Part shown: positions 28,430-39,548 of the stretch, one piece after another
Layout of the letters: each line of letters begins with the position of its first letter
Position numbering within the stretch: position 1 is the first letter of the stretch
NCBI GenBank assembly: GCA_015493585.1
Contig: WGCW01000044.1
Coordinates: forward strand, 2,788-66,787
From: Acidobacteriota bacterium
Lineage (GTDB): Bacteria > Acidobacteriota > Thermoanaerobaculia > Thermoanaerobaculales > Sulfomarinibacteraceae
DNA length: 64,000 nucleotides
Reading direction: 5' to 3'
Notes under the pieces: generated by a model
Seen by the model: the letters and a program-made list of their open reading frames with translations, nothing else
Database searches by the model: none
Told to the model about the DNA's origin: nothing
Made by a program: the position numbers and the translations under genes

Positions 28430-29656
28430 GTGTCACTCGACAAGCTCAACGCAGCATTGACCACCGAGATCAAAGCCCTGCAACGCGAAGGACGGGCGAA
28501 GGACCCTGAACGTGTGATCACGGGGTATCTCGAGCCGGAGGGGGACCGTGGTCCCCGGTACCGTCTCCAGGGCGCCGATCAGCTCTTCATTCGCATGAAC
28601 TCCAACAGCTACCTGTCTCTGTCCAACCATCCCAAACTCCTCGAGGCCGCCGACCGGGCCACCCGCGAGTTTGGCGTCGGCCCCGGAGCGGTCCGGTTCA
28701 TCGACGGGACCTTCAAACACCACATTGAGCTCGAGAACCGGATCGCCGCGTTTCTCGGACGGCCGGCGGCCCGCATCTTCAACTCCGCGTACACGGCGAA
28801 CCTCGGGCTCGCGATGACCTTGGGGTCACCGGAGACCTACTGGATCGGGGATCAGCTCAACCACAACAGCATTATCCGGGCGATGCGGATCGCCGGCGTC
28901 CCCAAGGAAAACAAGGCGATCTTTGCCCACAATGACATGGACGAGCTTGGCCGCTGCCTGGACAACGTCCCGGCCGGGATCAAGCGCGTGGTCGTCATCT
29001 TCGACGGGATTTTCTCGATGCGCGGTGACAATGCACCACTTGACGAGATCGTTCGCCGGTGCGAGCCATACCGTGATCGCTTCCCCGAGGGGCTTGTCAC
29101 CGTGATCGATGACAGCCACGGCATCGGGGCGTACGGCGCAAGCGGACGCGGTACCGAGGAGTTCACCGGCGCCCGTGCGGATATCGTCGTTGGCACCTTT
29201 GGCAAGGCGTTCGGCGTCAACGGAGGCTTCATCGCCTCGAGCGCCGAAGTCGTTGAGGCCGTTCGTCAGAAGGCGGACACCTACATCTACACGAATCCGT
29301 TGGGCGTTGCCGACTGTGCGGCGGCTCTCGTAGCGCTCGATATCGCTGATAGTCCCGAGGGCGCACGCCGCCTTGCTCACCTCAAGGACCGCATCGCCCA
29401 GTTCAGATCCGGCATCGAGCGTCTTGGGTGGGAGTCGATCCCAGGGCCGCATCCGGTTGTGCCGCTGCTCGTTCGCGACACCGCGAGGACGCGCGCACTG
29501 GTGCGCCACTTCTATGACAATGGCGTCCTCGTCGTTGGCTTGGCGTACCCGGTCGTCCCGCGTGGAGACGAGACTATCCGGTTCCAGATCAACGCAGCAC
29601 ACACCGAGGCCGACGTCGACCAGGCGCTTGCGGCGCTCGAATCGTTCACCGGTTGA
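28430..29656 (+). CDS. kbl: Class I/II PLP-dependent acyltransferase, 2-amino-3-ketobutyrate CoA ligase (Kbl)/BioF family
   Basis: NSNSYLSLS, GAVRFIDGT, DQLNHNSII, DGIFSMRGD, DDSHG, GTFGKAFG, IRFQINAAHT; GTG start after GAGGAGG. Confidence 0.8.
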   Translation: MSLDKLNAALTTEIKALQREGRAKDPERVITGYLEPEGDRGPRYRLQGADQLFIRMNSNSYLSLSNHPKLLEAADRATREFGVGPGAVRFIDGTFKHHIELENRIAAFLGRPAARIFNSAYTANLGLAMTLGSPETYWIGDQLNHNSIIRAMRIAGVPKENKAIFAHNDMDELGRCLDNVPAGIKRVVVIFDGIFSMRGDNAPLDEIVRRCEPYRDRFPEGLVTVIDDSHGIGAYGASGRGTEEFTGARADIVVGTFGKAFGVNGGFIASSAEVVEAVRQKADTYIYTNPLGVADCAAALVALDIADSPEGARRLAHLKDRIAQFRSGIERLGWESIPGPHPVVPLLVRDTARTRALVRHFYDNGVLVVGLAYPVVPRGDETIRFQINAAHTEADVDQALAALESFTG

Positions 29657-29668
29657 GAGGGGAGGCCC

Positions 29669-29839
29669 ATGGCGCGACGAGGCGTATACAAGATCGACAA
29701 ACGTCAGAGAGAGCTTGCAAAGCAGAAAAAACGGCGTGAGAAGCTCGAACGCAAACACAACAAGAACACCGCTCGCGACGAAGATCCCCCGGATTCAGAA
29801 GAGGATCAAAGCCCCTCCGGCCCCACTGAGCCAGGCTGA
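29669..29839 (+). CDS. Small basic/acidic protein, 56 aa (not in ORF track)
   Basis: GGGAGG RBS; MARRGVYKIDKRQRELAKQKKRREKLERKHNKNTARDEDPPDSEEDQSPSGPTEPG*. Confidence 0.65.
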   Translation: MARRGVYKIDKRQRELAKQKKRREKLERKHNKNTARDEDPPDSEEDQSPSGPTEPG

Positions 29840-29944
29840 CGCCCGGGCGGATTCCAGGTTGGTGGCGCCTGACGGGCCGGCACCCGGTTGGGCCAGTCTT
29901 CGTGGCGCCTCCGGGTCCATGGGCCGGTGCTCCTGACACACATT

Positions 29945-29966
29945 GGGCGGGCCTTAAGGCCCGCCC
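29945..29966. repeat. Perfect 22-bp palindrome between convergent genes (REP-like or bidirectional terminator)
   Basis: GGGCGGGCCTTAAGGCCCGCCC; no U-tract. Confidence 0.6.
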
Positions 29967-29989
29967 GGGCACACAAGCCCGCCTGTTTC

Positions 29990-30580
29990 TTACCAGCAAC
30001 CGGCGGTGTAGCCACGCATGTGCGAACCGTTCCAGCCATGCATCCCCCGGAGGGAGCCGCCGCGATCGTTCCAGTTCCAGACGTGACCACCGGACCTCCA
30101 GTCGCGGTTGGCAGCCCGCTCCCATGGGCAGGACCACCCGCCATACCAGCGGGCGTTCCCCATGAGCCACGCCGAGGGGGCGGCGCCCCGGGCACGCTGC
30201 TCGGGCGTCAGGATTTTTCCTACCTGAGCGCTGGCGTCGAACCACGCATCGTCCAGGCGATTTTCCAGCGTGCGGATGTCGGCGCGCAGCGAGCGTGCAC
30301 GGTCCAGATCGGGGTTCGGTGATTTCATGATGGCCTCAAGCTCCACGCGCTTTGCCTCGATTGTGCGCTCCACCGGCAGTGTCTTCTGCTCCAGGTTCGA
30401 GCGGATCCGCTCCAGTTGCTGGAGCTGGCCACTGGTCAGATTGCCCGTGGGTGCCATCATGCTCCCCCGGGCCGCCTGCCGATGGTGTCCGGCTCCCCCC
30501 GCCATGGCAAGGGCTGAGATCCCAACGACGGCTCCGATGACGGCCAGTACTGTCCATAACCTCGTATTGCTGCGGTGCAT
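29990..30580 (-). CDS. Periplasmic ZraP/Spy/CpxP-family protein (heavy-metal sensor/chaperone)
   Basis: Signal peptide; NLTSGQ...ILTPEQR (LTxxQ motifs); His/Met/Gly/Cys-rich termini; AAAGGAGG RBS. Confidence 0.8.
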   Translation of the reverse strand: MHRSNTRLWTVLAVIGAVVGISALAMAGGAGHHRQAARGSMMAPTGNLTSGQLQQLERIRSNLEQKTLPVERTIEAKRVELEAIMKSPNPDLDRARSLRADIRTLENRLDDAWFDASAQVGKILTPEQRARGAAPSAWLMGNARWYGGWSCPWERAANRDWRSGGHVWNWNDRGGSLRGMHGWNGSHMRGYTAGCW

Positions 30581-30613
30581 GTTCTGTGACCTCCTTTCAT
30601 TGGTCACTTGATC

Positions 30614-30642
30614 AGACGGTCGAGTATTACGAAACGTGACGG
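30614..30642 (-). promoter_or_regulatory. Candidate ECF-sigma promoter upstream of the ZraP-like gene
   Basis: Coding strand CCGTCACG-N16-CGTCT; identical boxes and spacing at 32057-32085. Confidence 0.7.
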
Positions 30643-30677
30643 GGATGCCCGAAGATCCGTGTCCGATCCATCCTGGT

Positions 30678-31499
30678 TCACTTCCAACCGCACCGGTCGC
30701 CCCAGCAGGAACCCTCCGGTGGCGGAGAGCTCTTCAATGATTCGGGCGAGGTGCGGCTTATCCAGCGGCCCCGTTCGCCGCACATCTCGATGGCTCGTTG
30801 GACCATGGGGCGCTGTGACGCGTGGACCCGTGGCGCTACCTGCTCGAGGACCTGCCGCTCGTACCCGTTAAAGAGCTCGAGCTTCTTGAGGAACAACCGA
30901 AGCCGGCCTTCGGGGAGGGTTCTCGCGTTCTCCAGCGCCAGGGAGCCGTCGCGCAGCAGACGGCGGATGAGACCGGGGTCGATGCGGCCCTCGGTGCCGG
31001 CCATCTCCACGAGTTCTCCGAGCCGGCGGTCGGCAAAGGTCAGCCGAAGCTCCGCACGGTGACCTGGGCTGGCCGTCAACCCGACAGCAACCTTTTCCTT
31101 GGCGAGCTTGACCGGGTAGAACAGATCTCCCGGGACGGTGTCAGCCGAGGCTCCCCCTAGGACGACGAGAACCATCACAGCAGCGAGGCCCACAACGAGC
31201 CGACGCAGAGGCCGCGAGAGACGGAAGGGGAGGATACGCCCCCCGGGAGAGCCATCGGATGATGGGGATTGGCCGAAGGCTGCGCGCCCCGCCATGACGG
31301 TGCCCGCTTCGACCAGGAGGCGGCGGGTTGTAGAGGGGTCTGGCTCCGCCCTGGGAAGTTGCTGCAAAAAGGTGGCGGTCTTAAGCAGCGGTTCCAGCTC
31401 CTCCCGATTGCCTGGGTGGCGTTCGAGACATTCGGCCACCGTGGTCCCGGTGAGGATCTCGTCCAGGCACCGGTCGAGGATCGTTTCCAGCTCGTTCAT
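30678..31499 (-). CDS. Membrane anti-sigma factor (DUF5667-like periplasmic domain)
   Basis: LDRCLDEI...ECLERHP...ELEPLL N-terminus; one TM; PGDLFYPVKLAKE...A.RRL.E motif; coupled to the ECF gene (ATGA). Confidence 0.75.
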   Translation of the reverse strand: MNELETILDRCLDEILTGTTVAECLERHPGNREELEPLLKTATFLQQLPRAEPDPSTTRRLLVEAGTVMAGRAAFGQSPSSDGSPGGRILPFRLSRPLRRLVVGLAAVMVLVVLGGASADTVPGDLFYPVKLAKEKVAVGLTASPGHRAELRLTFADRRLGELVEMAGTEGRIDPGLIRRLLRDGSLALENARTLPEGRLRLFLKKLELFNGYERQVLEQVAPRVHASQRPMVQRAIEMCGERGRWISRTSPESLKSSPPPEGSCWGDRCGWK

Positions 31500-32041
31500 C
31501 GTTCTGCCCTCCTCAACGTCAGATGGGCTCGCAGGGCACGCAGCGCCCGGACCTGTTGCGCCCGGACCGCCTCTGCCGATTTGCCAAGGATCTCGCCGAT
31601 CTCAGAGCCGCTGTAGCCCTCGATGAAGCGTAAGTGAAGCAGTTCCTGCTGTTCCTCGTTGAGCCCTTCCATGGCACGTTCGAGGTCGATCCTGAGATCC
31701 GCTCCGCTCGCAAAGGAACCGGTCGCGGAACTTCTGGCATGGCCATCCGCATCCAACGGCACCTCGTCGCGGACGGCGCGACGCCGGTGGCGATCCGTCA
31801 GCAGGTTGGCGGCGATCCGGTACAGCCAGGCCGGAAAGAATCCCTTCTGGCTGGGCAGAGCCTTGACAGCCCTCAGGCAGACCTCGCTGGCCAGGTCTTC
31901 GGCCTCATCCATTGGGGCCCGCCGCAACATGTAGCGGTAGACCTGGGGATGAAAAGCCTCACAGATCTCTGCCAACGCCAGTGTATTGCCTCGCTTCGCT
32001 GCTTGCACCGTTTCCTCCACGTGCGCTTTGTCCACGTGCAC
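31496..32041 (-). CDS. ECF-family RNA polymerase sigma factor
   Basis: AEDLASEV, FPAWLYRIAANL..D..R, LRFIEGYSGSEIGEILGKS. Confidence 0.9.
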   Translation of the reverse strand: MHVDKAHVEETVQAAKRGNTLALAEICEAFHPQVYRYMLRRAPMDEAEDLASEVCLRAVKALPSQKGFFPAWLYRIAANLLTDRHRRRAVRDEVPLDADGHARSSATGSFASGADLRIDLERAMEGLNEEQQELLHLRFIEGYSGSEIGEILGKSAEAVRAQQVRALRALRAHLTLRRAER

Positions 32042-32056
32042 GCTCCTTTCTCGTCA

Positions 32057-32085
32057 AGACGTGCCGGGCCGGCCATCCGTGACGG
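32057..32085 (-). promoter_or_regulatory. Candidate autoregulatory ECF promoter upstream of the sigma gene
   Basis: Coding strand CCGTCACG-N16-CGTCT immediately upstream of the AAAGGAG RBS. Confidence 0.7.
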
Positions 32086-32142
32086 TGCCTCCGCCACGTA
32101 GGGGGGCGGGAGGGCCTGGCCCGGCGGTGTCTCAGCTTCGGC

Positions 32143-32508
32143 TCATTCCGGCCTGTCCGGGTCGGCCGACCGGATAGCACCGGCATCCCGGTCGCCGGTG
32201 CGGATACGCACGGCCTCCATGAGATCGAGGACGAAGATCTTACCGTCACCGCGCCGGCCGCTGTGCGCTGCGGTGGCGATGGCCTCAACAATGGCTCCGG
32301 TCTGGCCATCCAGAGCCGCAATTTCCAGGCGCACCTTGCCGGTGAACTCCGTCAGCTCCTCCCGGGCCGTCTGGGTGTCGCGCCCCTTTCCTTGGCCGAA
32401 TCCTCGTACCTGCGAGACCGACATGCCGGGGAAGCGAGGCAGGTGAAGCAAGGCGTGCTCCACCCTGGTCAAAGCGTGGGGTTGAATGTAGGCGATGATG
32501 AGCTTCAT
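32143..32508 (-). CDS. P-II family signal transduction protein (efflux-associated type)
   Basis: MKLIIAYIQP, VRGFGQGKG, KVRLEI, GRRGDGKIFV, RIRTG; no GlnB T-loop Tyr; starts 2 nt after the czcA stop. Confidence 0.88.
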   Translation of the reverse strand: MKLIIAYIQPHALTRVEHALLHLPRFPGMSVSQVRGFGQGKGRDTQTAREELTEFTGKVRLEIAALDGQTGAIVEAIATAAHSGRRGDGKIFVLDLMEAVRIRTGDRDAGAIRSADPDRPE

Positions 32509-32510
32509 GA

Positions 32511-35626
<3,116 letters not shown>

Positions 35627-35627
<1 letters not shown>

Positions 35628-36838
35628 TATTCCTCCTCGCCGAGCTCGTCCTTGAGGAGCTCTCCCTTGAGCGTGAATGCCCCGCGAGCGGCGATCCGGT
35701 CACCCTCGTCCAGTCCTTCAGCGATCTCCAGCTGGCCATCAAAGGTGCGGGAAACGGTGACGGGCACCGGCTGGAAGCGTCCTGGGCTCTTCTCCCGGAA
35801 CACCACAGCGCGCCCCTCCACCTTCTGAACGGCCTCCCGGGGGACGGTCAGCGCCTCCTTGGCAGCCGGTACGGATACCGTGGCCCGTACGAACATCCCT
35901 GGAAGAAGCCGTCCGTTGGGGTTAGTCAGGCGGACGCGGACCCGAGCCGCCCGGGTTTGGGGTTCAACCTCGCCGATGAAGTCGATCTTGCCGTCGAATG
36001 TCTCGGTGGGAATGGCCTCGGCGACGATCCTTACGGTCTGACCCTTTCGGATCCCTGCGAGGTCCTTCTCGTACACATCGAGCCATGCCCAGAGGCGTGT
36101 GAGATCTGAGATGACGACGAGGGTCTGCAGGCGGTCGACGACCTCGCCGCGGGCGACCTCCAGGCGCGTCACGGTTCCCGTCATCGGCGACCGCACGGCC
36201 AGCTCCGGAGAAACAATCCCGTGCAGCGAGGTGCCGTCCCGTAGGCTCTGCCCGAGGTGGCGGATCTCCCGCTCACTCATGTCGAACAGATGCAGGCGGT
36301 TCTCGGCAAAAGCCAGCGCTGCCTCGGCCCGTCGCAGGGCCCCCTCACGTTGGAGGAATTCGCCCTGGGAAATGGCCTTCTTCTCAACGAGCCGGCGCGC
36401 GCGGTCGGCGGACTGCTTGACCACCCGGTACTCGGCCAGGCGGGAGAGGTACTCAGCCTGTGCCTCGCCGAGCTCCGGGCTATCCAGCACGCACACGGCG
36501 TCGCCCCGGCGGACGGAGCTTCCGAAATCCTTGAGGAGCTCGAGCACCCGGCCGGAGATCCGTGAGGAGATGCGGGCCGTGCGGGTCTCGTCGTAGGCAG
36601 CAGATCCGGTCAGCTCGACCTGGCGGAGGGGACGGGTTCTGGCAACAGTGACGACCTCGATGCCGGCTGCCCGCATCTGCCGGGCGTCAAGCTCGACGGC
36701 CCTGGGGCCGGCGTTCTCAACGTGCTGAGGCTTCGAGGTTGGTGGGGGCGTCTTGGAGCAGGCCGTGCCAAGGCCGATGGCCAGGGCGAACAAGCCGATC
36801 CAAAGCGGACGAAGGATCGTGACGGTGGACGTGCTCAT
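35627..36838 (-). CDS. czcB: RND membrane fusion protein CzcB
   Basis: Lipobox GTAC; LDSPELGEAQAEYL, VRSPMTG, DVYEKDL, LLPGMFV. Confidence 0.9.
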
Positions 36839-38130
36839 GATGCGTTCTCCTTGGAAGTCATGGGAGGAAGGCTCGACGGAGGTGCGGCCAGCTTGAGCCG
36901 CCCCGTCAGCAGGTCGATCTCCACCCTGAGCAGGTGAAGCTCGAGCCGCGCCTGGAGATCCTCCAGCTCGGCGTCTTGGGCGTTCCGGCGGGCATCCAGC
37001 AGATCGAGGATCGAGGTTTCGCCTTCGCGGTACGAGAGCTCGGCGAGCCGTGTCGCCTCCCGCGCTGCCGGCAGGATCGTGCCGGTGAACCGGAGAGCGA
37101 TGCGACGGGCCGCTTCGTACCGGGCTGCCGCCGCATCGAGGCGGGAGAGCAGGGCACGCCGGCGTTCTTCAACCCTTGCGAGTGCTCTGCGATGCTCCGC
37201 GGCGGCCGCAGCGACGGCTGGCCGGTTCCGGTTCCATAGCGGCACCTTGAAGGCCACGGAGAGTGAGACGGAGCGGCTGTCATAGTCGTTGGCCCGGGCA
37301 ACCCGCGTGACGAAGCTCGGCAGGGCCATGGAACGCTCGACAGCGGTCTGTGCCGCGGCGGCCCTTGCCCGCATGAGCGCAGCGGTCAACTCGGGGTTGG
37401 CGATGATCACGCTGGAGGCTAGCGCGGAAGCATCGATGCCAGGAGGGGTGTGGCTCAGGGATGACCGTAAGGTGAAATGGGTGGGGAGACGCCCCTTCGA
37501 GAGACGGACGAGGATAGCGGCGAAAGCATCCCGCCCGGCCCGGGCCAGATCTGCCTCGCGCCGGGTTCGGCCGAGCTCGACCTCCATTCGGAGCCTTTCC
37601 AGCTCGCGAGCTTCTCCCAGCTTTACCCGCAGTGCCGTGAACTCAGCGAGCCTCTGCACCATCTCGACCTGGGCCTCCAGCAGCTCCACACGGCGCTGGG
37701 CGGCGGCGAGCTTGAGGAGGATCGCCCGGATCCTGGCGATGGTCCGCGCGCGGGTATTGGTTAGGTCGGCGGCCGCCACCGCGATCCTCGCCCTGGCGGC
37801 CGTGGTTGCCTTGCCGTACCTCCAGGGTGCCGGAAGCTCAAGCTCCAAGCCGGCGCTCCATTCGAAATCCGATGCAGGGCCGAAGCGGTCCTCTCCGTGG
37901 CCTCCGCCAAGATCCAGGGTCGGATCGGGAAGGCGGCGGACAGCGCTCAACCGGGCCTCGGCAGCATTGACAGCGGCAGCAGCCGCCTCGATCGAAGGGA
38001 ACCCTTCGAGGATGGTGGCCTCAACTTCGGACGGACTGAGTGAGGGGACGGGCGTTCCGGCGAGGGTAGCCGGAACCGCTCCCGCAAGGGTCAAGAAAAG
38101 AATGATCGTCAATCGTGAAACAGTCGTCAT
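36835..38130 (-). CDS. czcC: TolC-family outer membrane factor CzcC
   Basis: Signal peptide; PLWNRNR, YREGETSILDLLDARR; coupled to czcB. Confidence 0.88.
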   Translation of the reverse strand: MTTVSRLTIILFLTLAGAVPATLAGTPVPSLSPSEVEATILEGFPSIEAAAAAVNAAEARLSAVRRLPDPTLDLGGGHGEDRFGPASDFEWSAGLELELPAPWRYGKATTAARARIAVAAADLTNTRARTIARIRAILLKLAAAQRRVELLEAQVEMVQRLAEFTALRVKLGEARELERLRMEVELGRTRREADLARAGRDAFAAILVRLSKGRLPTHFTLRSSLSHTPPGIDASALASSVIIANPELTAALMRARAAAAQTAVERSMALPSFVTRVARANDYDSRSVSLSVAFKVPLWNRNRPAVAAAAAEHRRALARVEERRRALLSRLDAAAARYEAARRIALRFTGTILPAAREATRLAELSYREGETSILDLLDARRNAQDAELEDLQARLELHLLRVEIDLLTGRLKLAAPPSSLPPMTSKENAS

Positions 38131-38208
38131 GATCCCTCCGTGGGGGTGTCTCTGTCCGGTGCAACTGGACCGGTGTTGGATTTCGAAAAGGGGTGTGGAG
38201 TGGGATCA
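38130..38208 (-). promoter_or_regulatory. Predicted SD-sequestering mRNA hairpin between the leader ORF and czcC
   Basis: mRNA UGAUCCCACUCC (leader stop and following nt, 38208-38197) is complementary, with a 2-nt bulge, to GGAGGGAUCA (czcC SD and A of AUG, 38139-38130). Confidence 0.6.
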
Positions 38209-38511
38209 GGCGGCGCGGGGAGGCTCGCTGAGCACCGGGAGGGAGAACCCCTCTGGTGCTGGAGGAATGGGCATCTCGACCGTTCGTACGGGAGTGCTGA
38301 CCCAGGCCGTCGTGGCCTCGACGGGAACCCAACTGGCGTGACAGATGCAGTCGCAGTACGTTGCTGCCTCAACCGTAGACGAGGCCGTCAAGCTCGCCTG
38401 GAGGGAGAGCTCTCCGCCAGGGCCCGCATGCGCACACGGAACCGCCACGCCAGTCATTGTGACCAGGAGCAGGAGTGCCGCAGCGGCCCGGATCCAGGGG
38501 TACGTTCTCAT
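38206..38511 (-). CDS. Small secreted Cys-motif leader protein (CutF/CruR/CzcI-like)
   Basis: Signal peptide; CDCICH; Pro-rich tail ending LSEPPRAA*; first gene of the czc operon. Confidence 0.7.
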   Translation of the reverse strand: MRTYPWIRAAAALLLLVTMTGVAVPCAHAGPGGELSLQASLTASSTVEAATYCDCICHASWVPVEATTAWVSTPVRTVEMPIPPAPEGFSLPVLSEPPRAA

Positions 38512-38520
38512 CGTATGAGC

Positions 38521-38549
38521 AAACTAGCAAAGATTGATGGGCGTGTCAA
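38521..38549 (-). promoter_or_regulatory. Sigma70 promoter of the leader-czcCBA operon
   Basis: Minus strand TTGACA-N17-TAGTTT with TGn extension; the -10 ends 9 nt before the ATG, so the mRNA is near-leaderless with no SD. Confidence 0.7.
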
Positions 38550-38756
38550 GCGTGCCTCGCGCGCCTTACGACCACATGCGAATGCCGTGTGTTTCACAGC
38601 CTGCCAGGGACCCAGCCAGTACAATGGTTACCGCATCCCGGGACGTTCCCCGGTGGCTCGGTCCGGTTAGGGCCAACACCATCCTTCGGTCGGCCTGTCT
38701 TCAAGCTCGTCCTCTCTCGGGGAAGAAAACCCGTCACGGTGCTGCGAGGCGTGCAT

Positions 38757-39548
38757 TCAAAACCAGAGCCGGATGCCGCCGACCAATGCGGTGTCCACGG
38801 GATCCCGGCCCTCCTTACGCCCGAGGCCGGCCGTCGCACCATAGCGGCGGAACCAAGTGACGCCGAGGTAGGGTGCCACCTCCCGGCGGATCTCGTAGCG
38901 CAGCCTCAGGCCCAGCCCCAGGGAGTTGAAACCGGTGCCAACCTCCATCTCGCCCACGGTCTGAAAGGCGTACAGGGCCTCCATGCGGAACTGGAGGACG
39001 AGCCGCTGGGTGATCAGCAGGTCGTACGTGGCCTGGAGGTCGGCCGAAACATCGGCATCCTGGCTGATCCGCAGGTTGGCGTCGATCTCGAAGGCGTAGG
39101 GGGCAAGCCCCTGGATGCCGATGACCGCCATGACGCGGTCGGCGCCGGGGCCAGGGCCCCAGCGGCGCTGGTAGCCCAGACCGCCCTGGATGTCCCAGAA
39201 GGGCGAGATCAGGCGGCCGTAGAGCAGGTCCAGCCGTTCGATCTCGCCCCCGCCACCTGCGGTGAGAGCCTGACCCTCGCTCTCGATCCAGAACCTGTCG
39301 AGATCGCCACCAATCCAGCCGAGGAAATCCCACCCCACGGCGCTGGGTCCATCGCCATTGCGGTACTCCAACTGATCGAAGAGGAAGAAACTGTTGACCT
39401 GGCTGTCGTGGATAGGCGCCGGCCATCCCTCCGGGGAGCCACTGGGGTTGGACCCGGTCTGTGCGAAGCCCTTCCCGGACGGAATGAGCAGGCCCATTAC
39501 GAGGAGCAGGAGCAAGCCCGGGCCGCACGTGGTCAGCCGGTGCCTCAT
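38757..39548 (-). CDS. copB: Copper resistance outer membrane protein CopB/PcoB
   Basis: FDQLEYR, WIGGDLDRFW, GIQGLAPYAFE, YDLLITQRLVLQ, LRLRYEIRREVAPYLGV, GIRLWF; ATGA overlap with copA. Confidence 0.92.
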   Translation of the reverse strand: MRHRLTTCGPGLLLLLVMGLLIPSGKGFAQTGSNPSGSPEGWPAPIHDSQVNSFFLFDQLEYRNGDGPSAVGWDFLGWIGGDLDRFWIESEGQALTAGGGGEIERLDLLYGRLISPFWDIQGGLGYQRRWGPGPGADRVMAVIGIQGLAPYAFEIDANLRISQDADVSADLQATYDLLITQRLVLQFRMEALYAFQTVGEMEVGTGFNSLGLGLRLRYEIRREVAPYLGVTWFRRYGATAGLGRKEGRDPVDTALVGGIRLWF

